DNA from: Phoronis australis
Lineage: Eukaryota > Animalia > Phoronida
Length of the DNA: 62,830 nucleotides
Direction of reading: 5' to 3'
NCBI GenBank assembly: GCA_002633005.1
Contig: NMRA01000628.1
Location: 1 to 62,830, forward strand
Below, in pieces: positions 57,530-62,830 of the stretch; position 1 is the first letter of the stretch; each line of letters starts with the position of its first letter. A program made the position numbers and the translations under genes. A model generated the notes under the pieces. That model saw only the letters and a program-made list of their open reading frames with translations, searched no databases and was not told the origin of the DNA.

Positions 57530-59595
57530 ACTGGCGGACATTGTTGTTTCATGGACCATAGAGACGTCTAGCGAGTGTACGTGCATTAAAACATGTGGTG
57601 AGATATCACGGCTCCCGCCAGTAAAAAAGCAATGGTATTTTTTGCACTGCCTACGGCTGCAGCAACAATTAATTGAAAATTCGTGACTTATGCTTTTTTG
57701 CTTCCTCAATGATTAGATAGGTGATGTTCATGCTTGAAACAGAGGATATTTCTGCGTGAAACTGTTGCCAGTCATTCAGTGATGGACTGGGTGATTTGAA
57801 CTTAATGTCTTTACTGTTTCCTGCATTTGATTGCTGATATAGAAAACTATCGTAAATTGTTTGCATGATTTTGGTAACTACTGATTAGTTTATTCTATGC
57901 CCATTGATGTTTCTAATTACTTTTTTCATTTCGTTCTGCAGTCTTAATACATCCAGATCTAAAAGATAATTATACTTACTATTATTTACTAATTTTATTA
58001 TTGTTTTTATCATATATTTGTTTTATATCTATTCTTGATTATTTATTATTTATTTTTTGTTTATTTGCTGTTACTTATTTAATTTTTTTCTTGTGATCCC
58101 ATACAGTCAACATACTGGCTGTCGTTGATCAATAATCTATATATGATCATGATATGGACATCAGTGCATAATAAATATTACTTTTATGGTTTGGTAACCT
58201 ACTTGATTATTTGCCATAGGAAGTGGTGAAGGAAGTGTTCTTTTAAAGGCACATTGAGCCATACATCCGCGACCACTTCGGTAGTACTTTGTGTAGTACC
58301 TTGGAAACTTGTTACACTCCAGTGACGATGTCGTTTGTTTAGATTTTTGTTTTGTCATGGTCTTAAAACATCAAGTCAGGAAATAAGGCGTCGTTATGTT
58401 ATGTACTATGAAGTTGGCCTGCCGACACAGGCTGAATATGCCTTTAACTAACTGCTGATAGTTGATTTAAAAGAAGTGAATGATTTATAAGAGCGGGAAA
58501 GATTCGTAAAAAGTACCCGAAATGGATTGCGTATTCAATAGGCATCTTGACTGTTTTATGGGAGCATACAAGGCAGGTTTACTGGACTTCAGGCAGGAAT
58601 TCCATCTCTTGCTGATTTGGAACCCCTATACCTCTTGCATCCAGTTCCATTCACCACAACCCACCCCAATTCGCTACCCATTTCAGATACCCTCGGGCAC
58701 GGATGCTTTGGGTCCAGTGAATTGGTCCCGGCGACTTCACTGTTACTGTTCCCTAAAACTACTACGTTTTTGGAAGTTTTCTACGTTAAATTCTCAATAT
58801 GAATGAAAAAAGTAGGGATCTTTTCATGCAGTGCGCCTAATTTAAGGACTAAGTCCCTAAAGGTTTTGACTGAATTAAGAGCTCAGTTTTTAGTTATATT
58901 ATTATAAAACGTCATAAAACAAAAGAGGAGCTCATAATAAAGATAAAATGATAAGAAATATAAAAACTGTGAGCAAAGAACAAAAAAATGCCTAAAAGAT
59001 TTACCAACTCAGTTGAGTACAAGCGGATCCAGGGTGGGGGTCAAAGGGATCTGGATCCCCCATTTTCCTTGATTGTAGTGATATCAATGCTAAAATTTCC
59101 AAATTGTTGACTTGGGCCACTTTTCTTAAAAAATCATTATCCGACCCCCTTTAAAAAATCCTGGATATGACCCTGTTGGGTAGATATTTGGGACAGTTTC
59201 ATGTAAATGGGCACAGACACAACTGCTTGAATCTAGAACTCTTAAGATGTGAAGTTTCGAAAGAAAGATCTACTAATTTTTCCATTTTATTGTAAAACAA
59301 AGTTTGTGTGTTGAAAGCTTACATAATTAATTGTTAATTGAATTGATATTAACACCTCGGAATATTGGGGGAAGAAGCTATCTCTGCCCTCAACTTTTCA
59401 ATTGGTTGAGGGGCACCGCCCGCTCCTATATCTTCTTCAGCAGATCCATTTGATGTTTATTACATTCCTGACCCCCCTGGACAAAATCCTACAGGTTCGG
59501 TACCTGCCCATAAACCAATAACCTACTTTCATCGGCCCAGCTCTTATTACTGAGTCTCCCTCTTGCGGCTTATGATGTATTTCTCGTAATTTATA
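57530..59595 (+). repeat. Diverged segmental duplication, copy B (homologous to 37085-41533)
   Basis: For example catggacc.tagagacgtctag, gtgaaactgtt.ccagtca, aaacatcaagtcaggaaataa and ctacaggttc.gtacctgc occur in the same order in both copies. Confidence 0.85.
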
Positions 59596-60495
59596 TTACC
59601 TTTGCTGCCCATATTTTCTTAGTTTATTCTATATTTTGCCTATGTGTAGTTTTCCATTACAGTGCTCGTGTTTTCTGTTTTCAATATTTTAAACAAAGAC
59701 ACTTCACTGACAATTTTGAATATGACAATCTGAGATCGGCCATAGTCAATGCCTTGCGTAAGTTCGTCGGCCCACACACACCCGCTAGGTGTCGCCACGA
59801 TCCATGACACAATAATGGCGGCGGCCTCGGTGAATAGTCTTGTTAGCGTCTGTGGTATGCAAACGCGACCCTGTCGCAAAATAACCTTTTTTACTCTCGC
59901 GACATCTAGCGCCAAGATAGCGTATTACCTGATGTAGTTCTTTGACCTCTTTCTGATTCTGTCACTTGCTGGTGCTGAAACAGACTGCGATTGAAAGCGA
60001 ATATACAAGCGACACTTACCTGCCATGCGTCTTCTGTTACAAAGTTACTGATTCCTTCTAATTGTTAACGTGTTCAAGATTACAGTTGTAAAGGCTGAAT
60101 TACATAGTAGTGCATAATTTGCCATTTATCATTAGTTTGCAGCTCCGTGTTTAAAGGTCTAGAGCAGACAATTGTTTTGTAACCTGGCGTAGTTAGTAAC
60201 CGTTCGTTAGGTATTAATTTGGGCCTAACTTTCATAATGATTTTAAGTGTTCCAGTAACTCATGAATTTGGTTGTAGACTTTCAGACGCTTGATCTGCAA
60301 TAAATCATCAAATGAGAATGAGGTTGAGTCCATAAAATTATTACATCTCAATTGAAGTGTTTCTCCGGAACAAATTGCCTGCATCAATAAGATGTTACGG
60401 CCTTTTTTCAGGGAATATCAGGTTAAATTTTTGTGAAGTATCCTGATTTAGTTTTTAAGATTTGGCCTGTTGAAATAACAAAAATAAGAAATGTG

Positions 60496-61686
60496 GGCTA
60501 CGGAGAATACATCATTGGTATCGTTACATCCATGTTGGAAAAGGCTTAAATCTGGCTTAGGAACAAGAAAGTTTATTATTCTGGTAACTCATGTACTTGA
60601 TCACTGAACATCAATATAAAAAACAGGTTTACACCTGTGTATGCTTCACAAGGTGTGAGTATACAAATAAAACATACCAATTGTACTTAATCCTTAGACA
60701 TACTTAGCACTATCATCAGAGTCACATCACTGTCAAAAGGAATGCCTAATTCCATTAACTACCACCAAAGAAGTACAGGAAAACACTTTTCATTATCAGT
60801 GAACATTGTATGCACAAATAAATCTCACATAACACATAGGTCAGTGGGGGTCTACGGAGAATACAAAATGCGAAGGTAACCATTTGTGGGAAGAAAAATA
60901 CTGGAGCAATGCAAAAGAATTCATTTACTTGTCAATACTACTACTTCTGAATTATAAAAAACAGTTGTGTTTAGAAAAAGGGAGATAATACCGTCTCAAT
61001 TTTCTTCACACTTGTGCAAATACAAAAATGCAACATAATGGAAAATAAAATTTTATCCTAGGACATACTCAGCTCTGAACTATCATCAGAGCCACGTCAC
61101 CATCAATGGGGTGCCTATTTCCATCAACTACCCGCAAAGAAATACAAGGAAAGCACTTTTCATCATCAGGAAACATTGACTGCATAAATCCCACATAACA
61201 AAGAGGTCATGGAGGGGACGGAGAATACGAAATATGCAGATACCTGGATGAACACTTGAGCAATGCAATATAATTCATTTACTTGTTAATACCAACAATT
61301 CTGAATGACCAAAGAACATTCATGTTTTATCAATAACGAGTTTAAACTGAAAAAGTAATTTTAGCTAAACTTGCCTCAAATCCCGCCCATAAATATATTT
61401 TTTTTAATTTTTCTTGTCTTAGAGAGTTTATTTGTTTCTATTTCTTCAGTAAATGCACCTAGATACAAGATTTTTCAAACCATGTACGAACAATTTAAAG
61501 TTGGGGGCTACGGAGAATACGAAAGACATTTTTGCTCATGACCAATTCAAATCCAGGTCTTGGTATAATCTTGGTCTAATATTTTTTGTGGGCCAAAAAT
61601 AGCTTCAAGATTCTCATTGCGCAATATCAAATATATTTCATTGATGGAAGAATTTAATGGAATTCAGACAGGGCTACGGAGAATAC
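60496..61686 (+). repeat. Five direct copies of GGCTACGGAGAATAC plus an internal ~360-bp duplication; probable non-autonomous DNA transposon interior
   Basis: Motif at ~60496, 60850, 61216, 61505, 61671; 60690-60955 resembles 61055-61305. Confidence 0.6.
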
Positions 61687-62616
61687 ACAGTTTTTCTTAG
61701 GTGACTGTGATATTTGGTCGAGGAAGAACATCTGGTACAAATATGTGGTTTCTAAATCAAATTCTGTATACCATCATCCATTAAATACACAGTTCAAAAC
61801 ACTAGTAATGCTTTTCTTTTTCAGACATGGCTGTAAGAGAAGGAGCATATGCAAATTTACGTGTTTTGCATAACACTGAAATCATTTTGCAATTGTGCCT
61901 GAAAATTGTGTTTGCTTTTTCAGATCCCTGCAATTTCCTGAAGAAAAACAAGGAATACATGTTAGGATCATGAAAAAACATTAAATTTCAATTAAATGTG
62001 CTATTTAACTAAATGCCATGTGTATTAAAAACATGCAATGTTTCAGTGAAACAATATAACGGTGGATTTCTGGCTATTTTCAGCTATATCAAGGATTACT
62101 CTGGCCATAATAAACATTTTTTCATACTTTAAAATGCGTAAATGTCATAAGTACTAGTGCTAAAACAAGATCATCATACAAATATCTGCCAAAGGTGAAG
62201 GAATTCTGTCAATATGATTGTATAACATAAAAAATCTAAATTTGCACCCTGAAAGAAAAAATGCCGCTAAACAATGTGCCAGAACTGTTTCGATGTTGTG
62301 TCATGTCTTTTGCATCGCGCTGGCAATTATAGTTACAGCCGAGTTTATCCAACCTCAGGGTATCGAAACGTAACCCTGATAAACCTGGCAAGTGTGCTAA
62401 CCATTCAGCCAATGGGCAATTTCCAATCAGAGAGTGGCTAACAGAGACTCATACAGTTCACTGGAAGGACGTTTACAACTCAACCATTAGGTTTCTGATT
62501 ATGGCTTCTACATGTATATATAGTAATGTATGTTTTGCATGTATATCTTCTATGTTTCCTCTCTGTAAATAATCCTCTAAACATGTATTTTCTATCTGTA
62601 CATGTACAGCACACAT

Positions 62617-62830
62617 CACGAATTTTTGGCCGACCGGTCGGAAATTGGTCGACGACCGGCCGTCGACCGGTCGTCTAGCCGACCAGCAGCCGACCAACAA
62701 CGGTCGGCTAGGAGCCGTCTACTGAGTCGCCTCTGTGGTCGGCACTTGGGTCGGCTAAGTGGTCGCCTAGCGTAGACGACCAATTCGGATTAAGCGTGTC
62801 CTTGGTCGGCAATTACCATTTTATGACTTA
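62617..62830. mobile_element. Probable DNA-transposon terminus with dense GGTCG/CGACC subterminal repeats (CAC start), extending beyond the window
   Basis: Abrupt shift to GC/CpG-rich sequence at cacgaatttttggccgaccggtcgg, with more than 12 direct and inverted (GG)TCG/CGACC motifs. Confidence 0.55.

Noticed and set aside
59640-60057. Minus-strand exon-like pieces (cag|gtaagt at 60020) and a 91-aa ORF, considered as a Spaetzle paralogue
   Set aside because: It would need a 44-nt intron and shows no cystine-knot similarity; unsupported

Overview
Eukaryotic, intron-rich, AT-rich invertebrate genomic DNA. A lophotrochozoan such as a mollusc is likely, inferred from the repeat types and the protein family below. 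Most ORFs in the supplied track are spurious. Two spliced protein-coding genes were reconstructed by hand from GT-AG sites with consistent phases. (1) A + strand gene of about 24 exons (~114-29824, ~1430 codons; the 5' exons and last exon are tentative). It encodes a coiled-coil region, two extended Tudor domains, two long low-complexity inserts and a C-terminal CCHC zinc knuckle, so it resembles a germline/piRNA-pathway TDRD protein. The two Tudor domains are encoded by a duplicated 5-exon module with identical intron phases. (2) A convergent - strand gene (TATA at ~50440, CDS 47505->45463, 159 aa). It encodes a secreted Spaetzle/neurotrophin-like cystine-knot protein that lacks two of the six knot cysteines because of an in-frame internal deletion. 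The rest is repeat-rich: CA-ended MITEs with 5-bp target duplications, a hAT transposase remnant, a Kolobok-like element, foldback MITEs, Helentron/DINE-like arrays, SINE-like fragments, a perfect 70-nt intronic hairpin, microsatellites, and a diverged segmental duplication bracketing gene 2. No database searches were possible, so family calls rest on motif recognition.
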